From Eledone cirrhosa (lineage: Eukaryota), in assembly GCA_964016885.1 (NCBI GenBank), contig OZ024746.1, forward strand, positions 59,892,001-59,956,000: DNA of 64,000 bases. Reading direction: 5' to 3'. The notes beneath the pieces were generated by a model. It was not told the DNA's origin and did not search any database. It worked only from the letters and a program-made list of their open reading frames with translations. The translations under genes were made by a program, and so were the position numbers. Shown one piece after another: positions 41,767 to 54,326 of the stretch. Positions within the stretch are counted from its first letter, which is position 1. Each line of letters starts with the position of its first letter.

Positions 41767-44700
41767 ATGGGCTATGGGTTTGGTACTAGAAATGAGGAAG
41801 GCTCCAGAATCTTGGAATTCTGTGACGCAAATAACCTAACTATTTGTAACACTAACTTCAAAAAACGAGACAATCACTTGATCACCTATAGATCGGGGGA
41901 ACACACAAGCCAGGTAGATTATATCCTTACCAGGAGACATGACAGAGTGTCTGTTGTAAACACTAAATCCCTCCCCCATGAAGAATGCACCTCTCAACAT
42001 AGACTCATAATTAGCGACCTCATAGTCAGGATGAGACGTACTCGACAACAGAAGACTATCCTCAGGAGAAAAATATGGAAGTTAAAAGACCCCACAGCAG
42101 TAATAAATTTAAAAGCATATTACTTGATGCTTTTGATAGTAAGGAAGAGCAATTAGAGTCGTACAATATAGAAGAACAGTGGGAATTCCTGAAAGCTAAC
42201 CTGCTGAAGGCGACAGATGAAACCTGTGGCTGGAGCAGACCTATAGGCAGGAGGAGAGTAACTTGGTGGTGGAACAGTAAGGTGGAGGGGTCAATCAAGG
42301 CCAAAAAGCAGGCTTGGAAAGCATGGCGGGATGGGGGAAGTAGAGAAGACTATCAAGTGGCCAGGAGAGAAGCTAGGAGACAAGTGTACTTCGCAAGAAG
42401 GGAAGCAGAGGAAAGAAAGTTCAAGCATGTTCTACAACGCGAGGACCAAAAACGTGAGGTGTTCAGGATTGCTAGGCAATGTGTCAAGGAAAACAGTGAT
42501 ATTGTCGGGGAGAAGTGTGTCCTTAATGATGATGGTGTACTTGCCATCACTGACGCTGAAAGAAGGTAGCTTGGAAGTGTCACTACGAAAGGCTACTAAA
42601 TGAGGAGAATAATTGGGAGAAAGACAGTCTCCCCCATATCGACCCAATAGAGGGACCAGCACTGCAAGTTGAAGGTAGTATAATAAGTAAGGCGATCAAA
42701 GACATGAAGACGGGCAAGGCGGCCGGGCCTTCGGAAATAGTTGCTGAAATGCTGAAAGCATCTGGAGCAGTGGGACACACTATGGTCACTCGGATAGTAA
42801 ACCAAGTCATACAGAATGGTGTCGTTCCGAAAGACTGGCGCAGCAGCATCATCATTAACTGCTACAAGGGTAAAGGTGATGCCCTAGATAGGGGAAACTA
42901 TAGAGGCATTAAATTAATTGACCAGGTCATGAAGGTCACAGAAAAAGTAATAGCACAACTAATCAGAGAGCGAATTGATCTAGACGAAATGCAGTTCGGG
43001 TTTGTGTCAGGTAAAAGTACAACAGACGCTCTCTTCATTGTACGACAACTACAGGAGAAGTACCTAGCTAAAAGTAAACCCCTATACTTAGTCTTTGTTG
43101 ACTTGGAGAAAGCCTTTGACAGAGTACCCCGCTCGATTATCTGGTGGGCCCTTAGAAAACTAGGTGTTGATGAATGGCTTGTGAGAGCCATACAAGCCAT
43201 GTATAAAGAAACAGTCAGCAAGGTTAGAATTAACAACGAATATAGTGAAGAGTTTAGCGTAAAAGTTGGTGTTCATCAGGGTTCCGTTCTTAGCCCCCTA
43301 CTATTTATTATTGCCCTTCAGGCTATAACAGAGGAGTTCAAGACCGGCTGCCCATGGGAACTCCTATATGCAGATGATCAAACGCTCATAGCTGAATCAA
43401 TGGCGGAACTAGAGAAGAAATTCCAAACATGGAAGCATGGCCTAGAATCAAAAGGCCTTAAAGTTAACTTGTCTAAGACTAAAGTTCTAGTTTGTAGGAA
43501 GGAAAATAGGGCACCGGTCCCATCTGGGAAATGGCCACGCTCAGTGTGTAGGAAAGGAGTAGGCAGAAACTCCATTTTATGTCCCAAATGCAAAGTATGG
43601 GTGCATAAAAGATGTAGTGGGATCACAGGTAAGCTAACTAAGAATATAGATTTTATATGTGGCCGGTGCTCTGGTGCAATAAGTAGCAGCAAGTGCCCAC
43701 AGAATACTAGCTCATTCCATTGCACAGATGGTTCTATAGAAATAGTGGACAGCTTCCGTTACCTGGGTGACAAAATCAGCAGTGGGGGAGGGTGCTCTGA
43801 AAGTACAGTAGCTAGAGTCAGAACGGGATGGAAAAAATTCTTATACCACTATTATACCACTATTGGCCACTAAAGGGTTCTCTCTAAAAATGAAAGGCAG
43901 GCTGTATGATGCCTGCATACGAACAGCAATGTTACATGGCAGTGAGACCTGGGCATTGTGTGCAGAGGATTTACGCAGACTGGAGAGAAACGAAGCTTGC
44001 ATGCTCTGCTGGATGTGTAATAGTAATATACGTGAACGGCAAAGCATAAACGAACTAAGGGAGAAATTAGGAATAAGAGGGATCAGATGTTGTTTACTCG
44101 AGAGAAGACTACGTTGGTACGGTCACGTGATGCGCATGAAAGACGATAGCTGTATAAAAAAGTGCAGGGCGATAAAAATAGACGGTAGCCACGGAGTAGG
44201 CAGACCCAGAAAAACCTGGGACGACTTGATAAATTCCGACCTCACACACTTACGCCTCGCCAAGACAATGTCACTGGACCGAAATCTTTGGCGCTACACA
44301 GTTATACAGAAGACCCGCCTTGCCTAAATACAAAGCGAAACCTACAGTCAGTAGGCACCTCTAACAAAATACACCCCCGTCCCACTACCCCCACACCACC
44401 CCCTTAAATGTGAAGTTATGTTGGTACCACAACAACCAGTCCAAAACAAATGAGGTCGTGTAGGTGTCACGACAAAAAAACACACAGTCCACGCTGTAAT
44501 GTGGCCGTGTAGGTAGCACGGTAAAAACCTCCCAGTACACACTGTAAACGTGGTTGGTGTTGGGAAGGGCACCCAGCCGTGTAGGTGTCACGACAATAAA
44601 ACACACAGTCCGCGCTGTAATGTGGCCGTGTAGGTAACACGGTAAAAACCTCCCAGTCCACACTGTAAACGTGGTTTGTGTTAGGAAGGGCATCCAGCCG

Positions 44701-44806
44701 TAGAAAACCCACCAGACAGTCTTGAGCAAGACAACCAATCTTGCCTCAAATGGGACAATTCCCATCCAGACCCATGCTAGCGTGGAAGATGGACGTTAAA
44801 CGATGA

Positions 44807-44810
<4 letters not shown>
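41767..44810 (+). mobile_element. 5'-truncated RTE-clade LINE with about 3 frameshifts, antisense in C19orf47 intron 3
   Basis: C-terminal part of an AP endonuclease (ICNTNFKK, QVDYIL, SQHRL), RT motifs GNYRGIKL, FVDLEKAFDRV, GVHQGSVLSPLLF, LLYADD, C-terminal RRLRWYGHVMRM/GRPRKTW, and a (GAT)n tail running into (TA)n. Confidence 0.93.
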
Positions 44811-44880
<70 letters not shown>

Positions 44881-45269
44881 TCATATATATATATATATAT
44901 ATATATCATCATGGGAATTGTCCCACTTGAGGCAAGATTGGTTGTCTTGCTCAGGACTGTCTGGCGAGTTTTCTACGGCTGGATGCCCTTCCTAACACCA
45001 ACCACGTTTACAGTGTGAACTGGGAGGTTTTTACCGTGTTACCTACACGCCACATTACAGCGTGGACTGTGTGTTTTATTGTCGTGACACCTACACGTCT
45101 GGCGGGTTTTCTACGGCTGGGTGCCCTTCCCAACACCAACCACGTTTACAGTGTGTACTGGGAGGTTTTTACCGTGTTACCTACACGGCCACATTACAGC
45201 GTGGACTGTGTGTTTTTTTGTCGTGACACTTACACGACCTCATTTATTATATATATATATATATATCAT

Positions 45270-45609
45270 CATCATTCATCATTTCATTTTACGTCCGCTT
45301 TTCCCTGCTTGCAAGGGTGGGACGGGAACAGACTCTGGCTTGATTTCTACAGTTGGATGCCCTTCCTAACACCAACCTCATTTACAGTGAGTGCTGGGTG
45401 CTTTTTTGCCGTGGCACCTCCACGACTACTTTGCAGTGGAATGATAGGGACCGCAGTCCCTATCATCTCATTTCTACAGCTGAGGAAACTGGAGCAATGT
45501 GAAATAAAGTGTCTTGCTCAAGGAAACAACACACCACCCGGTCTGAGAATTGAACTCACAACCTTTCGATTGCAAGGCCAATGCTCTAACCACTAAGCCA
45601 TGTGTCTCC
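45270..45609 (-). mobile_element. Family B SINE
   Basis: Near-identical reverse complement of 46005-46340. Confidence 0.85.
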
Positions 45610-46004
45610 ATATATATACACACACATATATATATATAATAATATTACACTCTGCTTCGTACAACACCAAAGTACATACTGGAAAGAACCTAACTACGCA
45701 TCGAATGCTCAATTTGGTGAACCAACAGTAACTTGACTTTACAATCCCTAAACTATATATATATATATATATATATAACAAAAGCATCTAATCCAATCCA
45801 TCATGTAAGGTGGTTGTGTTGATGACATGGGAAAAAGCACCCAGTCCACTCAGTCATCAATTTTTTTCAATACCTGGCCACAAGCTCAATGTGTTTCAGT
45901 CGTTCTCGTTATAAAGAATTTTTCGTTACAACAAATGTTTTTTATACCCCGTGAATTTTGTTATAACGGAATTTCACTCTATGCGTATATATATATATAT
46001 ATAT

Positions 46005-46340
46005 ACATGGCTTAGTGGTTAGAGCATTGGCCTTGCAATCGAAAGGTTGTGAGTTCAATTCTCAGACCGGGTGATGTGTTGTTTCCTTGAGCAAGACACT
46101 TTATTTTACATTGCTCCAGTTTACTCAGCTGTAGAAATGAGATGATAGAGACTGGGGTTCATATCATTCCACTGCAAAGTGGTCGTGGAGGTGCCACGGC
46201 AAAAAAAGCACCCAGCACTCACTGTAAATGAGGTTGGTGTTAGGAAGGGCATCCAGCTGTAGAAATCAAGCCAGAGTCTGTTCCCGTCCCACCCTTGCAA
46301 GCAGGGAAAGGCGGACGTAAAATGATGATGATGAAATGAT
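46005..46340 (+). mobile_element. Family B SINE
   Basis: Same boxes, core and tail as the other family B copies. Confidence 0.85.
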
Positions 46341-46693
46341 AATATATATTATAGAGAGAGAGAGAGAGAGAGAGAGAGTTATTAAATGAAACAAACAAAA
46401 CACAGGCGGCAATTTTTACACAGAGAGAGAAAGAAAGTGTTAGTTCCACAACAAATTAGCAAACCATATTCGAGGATGCGCATTTCACCGAGCGGATTTT
46501 CAACCCGTGTATAGGTGTGGTTAGAGAGAGAATTATCCTTCCCGGTGCAAAGACTCTTAGTAGCTTCGTACAACACACAGATATGGTGTACCCATTCTAA
46601 ACTGGATAGATACAGTTTCTAATAAATAGGAGACAGAAATTAAGAGAGAAAAACTAATGAGAAAGATAATATATATGTGATGTATCTTTTTAC

Positions 46694-46778
46694 CTGTTGA
46701 CCTGCGAGGTGTTAAGGCAGTTGGAGAAGCAGTATTATTACTGGGAGAGGTACACTTCAATGCTTTGTCTCGGGCTTC
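46694..46778 (-). CDS. C19orf47: C19orf47-like exon 3
   Basis: ttcattag|GAA...ACAG|gtaaaa, 85 nt, phase 0 to 1. Encodes EARDKALKCTSPSNNTASPTALTPRRST. Confidence 0.85.
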
Positions 46779-47796
46779 CTAATGAAAGAAAAGATTTATA
46801 AAATTAATGAAAAGTAAGTGGTTTGTTAACGAGAGCAGAGTAAACATAAGAAGGCAGGTAAAACAAATTGATATAGTAAGATATGGTTTAACGTTTTTGA
46901 TACCAAACCACCATATCATTCTATGCTGTTTATTTTAAAGTGATGACCTGCATCAGTTGTTAGCTGTCTGGAGACTGCATCCTCCAAAACTTCTATGCTT
47001 CCTAAAATCTGCTTATCACAACACCTGATATTCCTCCTCCATACACATGCATGTGTGTTTGTGTGACACATACACTGTTCACTTTCCTGACTTTTGTACA
47101 TTATTCTATGTACTACATATGCACCTTTAATGAGTTGTAGTGCACCTAAGCACTAAATACAATAATTTTCATTATTTTTATATTATAATTTTATATAAGA
47201 ACCTTTGTTATTTTCAAAATACCAGTGTCTACTCTTTAGAAATATAATAACAAAAAAGCAACTAAATCTTTTCAAAATATTTAAACAGCAAATAAAACTT
47301 TACAGCAAACACAAATTTACTTTCATCAGAATTATGGTAACAAAATGACTAACTCTTTGGATACCAACCTGCCTAAAACTGCCTTTGGTTCTATGAATCA
47401 AGCCACCCATAAGTTTATATTTTCCAACATAATTTTGTCAAATGATTTTTCATCATCATCATTATCACTTTAAAGTTTATGTTTCATACTTGTATGAACT
47501 AGACAGGCTGTCACTTTATGAGACCAAATAAGATGGATGTCTACGTCTTACTAATATGCTGCTTTGGGGGTTTTCTATGGCTGGATGACTTTCTTAACGC
47601 CAACCACCTAGCAGTGTGCACTGGAAACTTTTTTTATGGCACCACCACTACCCCCTTAAAGAGTGAACTGAGTGCTTTTTTATGGCACCACTACTACCAC
47701 CTTACAGGGTGGACTGAGTGTGTTTTGTTATGGCACAAGTACCACCACCTTATAAAGTATTTACCAACAACAATAAAGAAATACAGTTGTACAAAC

Positions 47797-48008
47797 CTGA
47801 GCATGAACTGATTTAGCATGACGTAAAATGGATATGACATCTCCCAGTAATGTGATGCCCATATCCTTGAGGTATTCTTTGGTCAAATCAAGCAGCATGT
47901 CCTTCTGTATACGGTTGTCAGTAAAGGTGACAGCGTAGTTGGTTGCTTCTCCGGGAGGAATGCCAGCATTCACAAAAAAGTTGAGCCAATATGGCATCTG
48001 AGAAGTTT
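47797..48008 (-). CDS. C19orf47: C19orf47-like exon 2, N-terminal SAM-like domain
   Basis: ttttcag|AA...CAG|gtttgt. Encodes [60 protein letters not shown], closely matching the recalled C19orf47 N-terminus (WIQFFKEAGIPPGPAVNYAVMFVDNRIQKSMLLDLNKE). Confidence 0.93.
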
Positions 48009-49899
48009 CTGAAAATAAACAAAGTCAAACACCATCAAACGTAAAAAAAAATTAAAATCTCTCATTCAAGTCACCAGATTTATTAGAATTAGTGTTCCCT
48101 CATAGGTTTGTGTGTGTCTGTTTGTGGCTGCGTGCAGAACATGCATAAATAATGTGGTGAATCAGACGAGATATTTTCATTTTTCATTCAAAATCTATTG
48201 TCAATGTTACTTACACTATAAAGCATTTCACTTCCTTCTGCAAACAGCTGCCTTCGAACCAACATTAAAAACCTGAATGCGGTCGCTCAACTGTCGGTCT
48301 TTCTTATTATGGATGTAGAATATTCAAACACAAACCAGAATAATGATAAGGTACAAACACAAACAACATATTTTTCTAAACAAACAATAAAGCTTCATGT
48401 CATCATCATCATTTAACGTCCAAGGGCTGGACGGTTTTGTCCCACTTGAGACGAGATTGGTCGGGAGACCGTGCCTCACTCATAGAGGACTGTTTCTGGC
48501 AAGTTTTCTATGGCTGGATGCCCTTCCTAACACCAAACACATTTACAGTGTATGCAAATGTTTAAATACATCTAAACTATAATAAAGTAAGGAGCACGAG
48601 ACTGTGTACAGTTTATAATTTTTTATCCCATTAGTAAAATAATTTGGATTACTTTGAATAAATAATGAATGAATATTGCATAATTTATCTACTAAATTTC
48701 GTGGCTGTTCATTAAATATATTTTATTATTTATTTAAAGATTCACTGCTTTAAAATTTTCAAATGTCAACACTTCCGGTGGTGATCGCTTAAAGAAACAT
48801 ACTAATTTTCTCCTAATGCAGTTTATATATAATATCATCTTTTTTAATGTATCATGGATTACGCTACTGATTACATAAGACAGTGTAATGCAGTCTTCGT
48901 TCAATTTCTGTGTATATTGTCAATTACGATTTTATTTGATGTATCATATCTACATGTATATATACCTGCGTATAATATCAATATACACACTACACATGCT
49001 AGCAGAAAACCACCAAAGGGTGGTTTTTCTGCTAGTATATTTAATAATGCTTTATCTTTTCAAATATATAAAATATGTAATTGCTTAAAATGTATATTTA
49101 GCAAGGATAGGGTAGTGTTATAATGATGTGACACACCTGTTTTGTATATCTGAACTCCCTGTGACAGTTCACTTCAGTTCCTATTTATAGACTTTTCACC
49201 TAGTCCACTTTTAGTTACGCTGGAGTATTCAGGGTTTTTTCCTCACAACAGACAGTATTATTTGATCCAATACACAGTGCCTTTAATCTTTTGTTCTTTA
49301 GAAACTAATGACATTCGTGTTTTTATTTTATTGTTATTCTGGTTCCTGTTTTGTCTTTATTTTAGTGAAGGTAATAAATATGAAAGACCACCAAATTTCC
49401 CATATAGCGCACACTAACATCATAAAAAGGGACACATTGAATAAATAATGTAATTGGGAGTACACAATGTCTGTAAGTAAAAGATGAGTTGATCATGGCT
49501 CGATTATTTTTAAACATAGGTCAACTCTGAGCTGACCTAGGGCTAAAAAATAACATTTGCCTTATGACTGACTGGAATTGAAAAGTTAATACTATATGTG
49601 TGTGTGTGTATGTAGCAATGCAATAGATAGATAGTGGGGAGATAGAAATATACATATATATGTTTGGTTATATTGGAATTTACCAATATATATCTAAGTA
49701 AAGATTATAGAAGCTCTATGCTAATCAGTATCCTTGGTCCAGCAGTAACCGAAAAAGGCCGAGGGAGTTTTTAGCCTTAGTAGATTCTGCTATAGACTAT
49801 TATGGTACGGACTGCAGAGCTCAAAATTTAATAAATTGAGAGAGAATAATTATATTGTAAGTGTAAAGTGGTTATATTTATATATATATAGAGAGAGAG

Positions 49900-50206
49900 A
49901 GAAACTGGGTATAAGAGGGATAAGTTGTGGTGTGCAGGAGAGAAGACTGAGATGATATGGACATGTGATGCACATGGAGGATGACCGCTGGGTAAAGAAG
50001 TGCCAAGAAATCCCAGTGGAAGGAAGACGTAGCAGAGGAAGACCACGAAAGACATGGGCGGAGGTGGTGAGAGCAGACTTCAGATCACTGAAACTCACGG
50101 AGGAGATGACGAAGGACCGTGACAAGTGGAGAGATGCTGTACTGAATAGGAACCGTCCCACCCTTGCAAGCAGGGAAAAGTGGAAAGTAAAATGATGATG
50201 ATGATG
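49900..50206 (+). mobile_element. RTE LINE 3' end
   Basis: RRLR.YGHVMHM..GRPRKTW..RDKWRDAV followed by a (TGA)n tail. Confidence 0.85.
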
Positions 50207-50339
50207 ACAAGGTGCGGATTTTAAATTGGTGCCTCTGTTTAATCAAAATATAAAATACTATTCTAAAAGCCATGTAAACTAATATTGCTTTCTTGTCATA
50301 TAGTACCTTGCTTCAAAAAAATGAACCCAGACAACAAAT

Positions 50340-51449
50340 TAAAAGAGTATGTGGCCTGAGGAGTGGTAAAAGAAGGTAGTGGTGTACACAGTCTGCACCA
50401 GCATGATTAACAAGGCCATTGTTGATAAAGCTCCAACTGCACAGTCCAGAGGGTGAGGAATGAGTTAGAGAACAGCAACTTTGATATCAACACTATAGAT
50501 GCTAGGAAAACTCATAATAGCAGTAAACAAAGGGTGAGAGATGCTGATTTCATCCATAAAGTTGAGCAGTTCATTGAGGAAGACTCCTCCATCGGGGTAC
50601 ACAAGATTATCAAGCTACTGGGCTGTGAAGACTGTTAGGACTTGTGTAAATGAAACCTTAGTTGCAATTCTTACAAGATGCAGACAGGACAGCTGCTCAC
50701 TCAGATATCCAAGGAGCACCACGTGAGAAGAGCCAAGAAGCTGTTGAAGTATCCCCTGGAATTAAATATGTTGTGGGTTTTTTTTTTTTTGGGGGGGGGG
50801 GGGGGGGCAGATGAGAAACTTTTGCCAGAACAAGACAAGCAGAATAACAGGTGGTTAGCAGATAGCCCTCGTAATGTTCCCATAGTCATGAAAAACCAAG
50901 TTTCCTGTCCACATCATGGTTTTTGGCATGATCAGCAGGGAGGGACATGTCATACCCATCTCATATCTTTAATGAGAGCCTGAATGTGAACCGGGGGGGA
51001 GGGGGTTCTAAAAACTGTGAAGCCCTAGATTGAAGAGGTGGCAAGAGGAAGACCTTATGTACTCCAGCAAGATTCTGCACCCACATACGCAGCCAGGAAG
51101 ACTCAAAAGTGGCTTTCAGGCAAGTTTTACAACTATGACAGCCAGGACACATGGCCTCCAACCTCTCTTGACTTCAATCTTCTACATTATTTGTTCTGGG
51201 GGGCAGTCGAGAGTCACCAACACGACTGCCCAAACCACCAAGGATTTGTCAGCTGCAACAATGAAACACGTCTGTTCCAATTCAGAAGTCGTCTCAATGA
51301 GGTTATTGCAGCCAGCGGGTGTTATATTAAATGTAATACACAGATCCAGTAACTTCGTGTATCTTGTATTTTTAATAAATCTTAAAAGATAAAGATTCTA
51401 TACCCTTTTCCTCAACTCTTGGCCACGCCAATTCTTCATCTGCACCCTG
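50340..51449 (+). mobile_element. Degenerate Tc1/mariner-superfamily transposon
   Basis: ADEK, NNRWLA, QQDSAPTY, WPPTSLDFNLL..WGAVE motifs. Ends CACCCTG|TA. Confidence 0.8.
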
Positions 51450-52194
51450 TATATATCACTCTGATCGATCGACAAGATCCCATGACCTCATTCGCCGACC
51501 GAGTGGAGTGGACCTCGTCTAATCGGACCAAGGAAACTCGTTTCCTTAGTCTTTCCATTGCTGGTACTATCTGCCGGTCACAGCTCTTGTGTGTGTGTAT
51601 ATATATAGGTTGTTTCTTTGTTTTTTCGTTATCCTTTAAAGTTGAAATATCAACTACCGTTGTTGATTTTAAATTTTACTATCATTGTTGTCATTTTTTC
51701 CTAATTGTGTGGAGGGAGTTGTTTAAGTTATAATTGCTTCTAAACATATACACAAAGCAACACATGTAATATTAAATTGATCAGTAAAGTTTATAAACGC
51801 CAGAAGGATGAACGAAAGTAAAGCTGACCTAGGCATGACTTGAACGCAAAAAAAAAACGTCTTAATATTAATAAATAATGAAATGTGTATTTTTATATGG
51901 TTAATTACTGTTACGAAAGTGTAATTAATGGGAGGTAATTAATTGAATCGAGGTTTGTTTGTTTTTTTAATTAAAGAGAGAATTTAAGGCTCGATCGTAT
52001 TTTAAGCTAAAATCATTTGTAAAACATAAACGAAAAAGTTGACATTTTTTGTAAGCGGACATCAATATATGTTGAAACAGAGCAAGATATAAATCTAAAG
52101 ATACTAATATGTTAAACAAAATACAGAAATAAATACTATTGACGCTGATTTATAAAAAAAAAATATAGAAAATTTAAGAAAGTTAAAAATATAC

Positions 52195-52204
52195 CTCCAG
52201 CCAT
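52195..52204 (-). CDS. C19orf47: C19orf47-like, coding exon 1 (ATG GCT GGA G)
   Basis: Minus strand reads ccaacATGGCTGGAG|gtat. The 10-nt phase-1 exon joins exon 2 in frame to give [12 protein letters not shown] CpG-containing promoter-like stretch lies just upstream. Confidence 0.7.
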
Positions 52205-52899
52205 GTTGGAAGACGGACGCCGATTATATTAAACTACAGCGGCGCATTATAGACCACTGTGACAAAAGTCGTTCGAACAAATTTCACTTCTTATTTTTTA
52301 TATTTGATATTTTTTTATACCAAGCAACACGAATCTTAATTTTTGCAAGAAGTCTTATATTACTGTGATGTGGTGAAAAGAAGAGATGATCATTGTGGCA
52401 TTTGGATTCAGTATTATGTTGGATTAAAATTGAATAGTGACTTTCTTGGTCTGTCTCGCATTTTTACCAGTTTAGAATTCATATGTTGTTAAATATTGAA
52501 GGATGTAAACATGGGAACTTGAGAGCTATATGGTAGGATATATATCTCATAATATTACTGAGAAATCCTTCGTGGTTCATGTGAGGCTCAAACAGAACAT
52601 TCAAAACGTTTCGTAGTAAATATTGTAGAACGAGGGGTAAGTATCTGCTGCATCTAATCTTTCGTTGGTGCAGACTTAACTCAAAAACATTGTTTCTATA
52701 AAAGGAATGAACCCCAAAACTCCCAACCTCTCACATTATAAATACATTAATTTATTTTAACTGAATTAAAGTGATTATTCTCTATAAGCCGATGCAGAAT
52801 TTCCAGAAAGTTTAAATATAATTGTTTTGTATTTGAGGGGAACTGTTGATTTCTCTTCGTATAAAGGAGGGGTAGGAACTTTTTCAATCTGAAAAGCCA

Positions 52900-53520
52900 T
52901 TTATAAATAATAATAATAATTTCTTTATTAACCACAAAAGGTTTACAAAAAGAAAACATTGAAGACAGCACAAGACGGTATAATACACTCAGCTGATTGC
53001 CACATCTGCTCCACACGTGATAGCAGGTGTTCAACATAAACACACAAGTCAGCAATATTCGGACACTTGACGAGTGTGTGTAGGACGGTTTCCTTGTCCT
53101 GCGCACATCTCAGACGGACGCGAATGGCGGCACTTCTATGCCTGTAGAGTTTATCTCAAACTGAGAAAGCTCCCTGGCAGCACTGCCAGGCTAGGGATTT
53201 CTGAAAGTTAACCATGGGCCTTGGACTGAAGGTCCTCTGGAAATGAGTGGCTAGTTGATTTTCGTTGAGGCCCAGAGTCTCCCCAAGAACACCCACAACT
53301 AATCCTTTATAGAACGCCAAGGTGTAGTTTCTATCGATCATCCTGCTTGATTGGCTGGGGGCTGTGAGCGCTTGATGACATTCCAGGTTACAAGCACTTC
53401 CTTTCGGCCTTCGCTTAACCCAAGACTGCAGTTCTGTCAAAGAGATGAACTGTGGAAACATGTGCCTAACAAAAGATGACCACACCTGTTCACAGTCGAG
53501 GTAAAGTGGGAAATGAGGTA
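52900..53520 (-). mobile_element. Probable L1/Tx1-like LINE 3' fragment
   Basis: Decayed frame ..LECHQAL..FQRTF..NFQKSLAWQC..GAFSV.DKL resembles the post-RT (zf-RVT) region. A T-rich/(TTA)n end lies near 52905. Confidence 0.45.
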
Positions 53521-53544
53521 TATTTATTATCAAGTCAGCTCACA

Positions 53545-53792
53545 AGTTAGACTGTATCTCATCAGTTAGAGAGTACCTTAATAGTTAGATTGCGTCTCAC
53601 AAGTTAGACTATATCTTACTAGTTAGATTGTATCTCACTAGTTAGAAAGTACTGCCGATAGTTAGACTGCATCCCACTAGTTAGACTGTATTTCATTACT
53701 TAGACTATATCTCACTAGTTAGACTGTATCTCACTAGCTAGACTATATCCCACTAGCTAGACTATATCTCACTAGCTAGACTATATCTTACT
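53545..53792. repeat. Tandem repeat of about 19 bp, about 12 copies
   Basis: Variants of agttagactgtatctcact. Confidence 0.9.
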
Positions 53793-54326
53793 TCAGTCTG
53801 CAACTCATAAGACTACTTTACCTGTTACTTATACGAGTTGTATATTTATTTTGCCAGGTTATGGTTTTTCAAGAGTTATTTACATTTAGTTACTTGGTGC
53901 TGATTTTCTTTATGTCGTATAGAGTTGGGGCTTATGTGTTTTCAGGTTTGTCACTAGTTTTTATCAGGTTACTAATTTTGGTTATGTAATACAAGTTGAC
54001 TCTTTTGTGTCGTCTTGTAGGATACGCTCTTTGAATGCTGACAGGGCTGAGATGATTAATAAGTTTGCTTTGTAATCCAGAAGTCCTGGGTTCAATTCCA
54101 CTGAGTGGCACCTTGGGTAAATGCCATTACCATGGCATTGGCTCAATTCAAACCTTGTGATTTAAAATTGATAAACAGAAACTGTGTGGAAGCCCATCAA
54201 ATGGATTGTATGTCTAATTCAAAGGTCCACCCTTGTCATATATTGTGTCACACTGATTTAGCTTGGTAAATACATTAAAGATACATGTGTCTGTGGAATA
54301 CTCAACTACATACATTATGATACAAG

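Noticed and set aside
44348-45596. Overlapping 70-190 aa ORFs on both strands
   Set aside because: They are chance frames in non-coding LINE/SINE tail repeats.
46005-46080. tRNA-like sequence with A and B boxes (also at 62050, 5765, 17420)
   Set aside because: These are SINE heads that continue into shared SINE bodies, and I see no complete acceptor stem.
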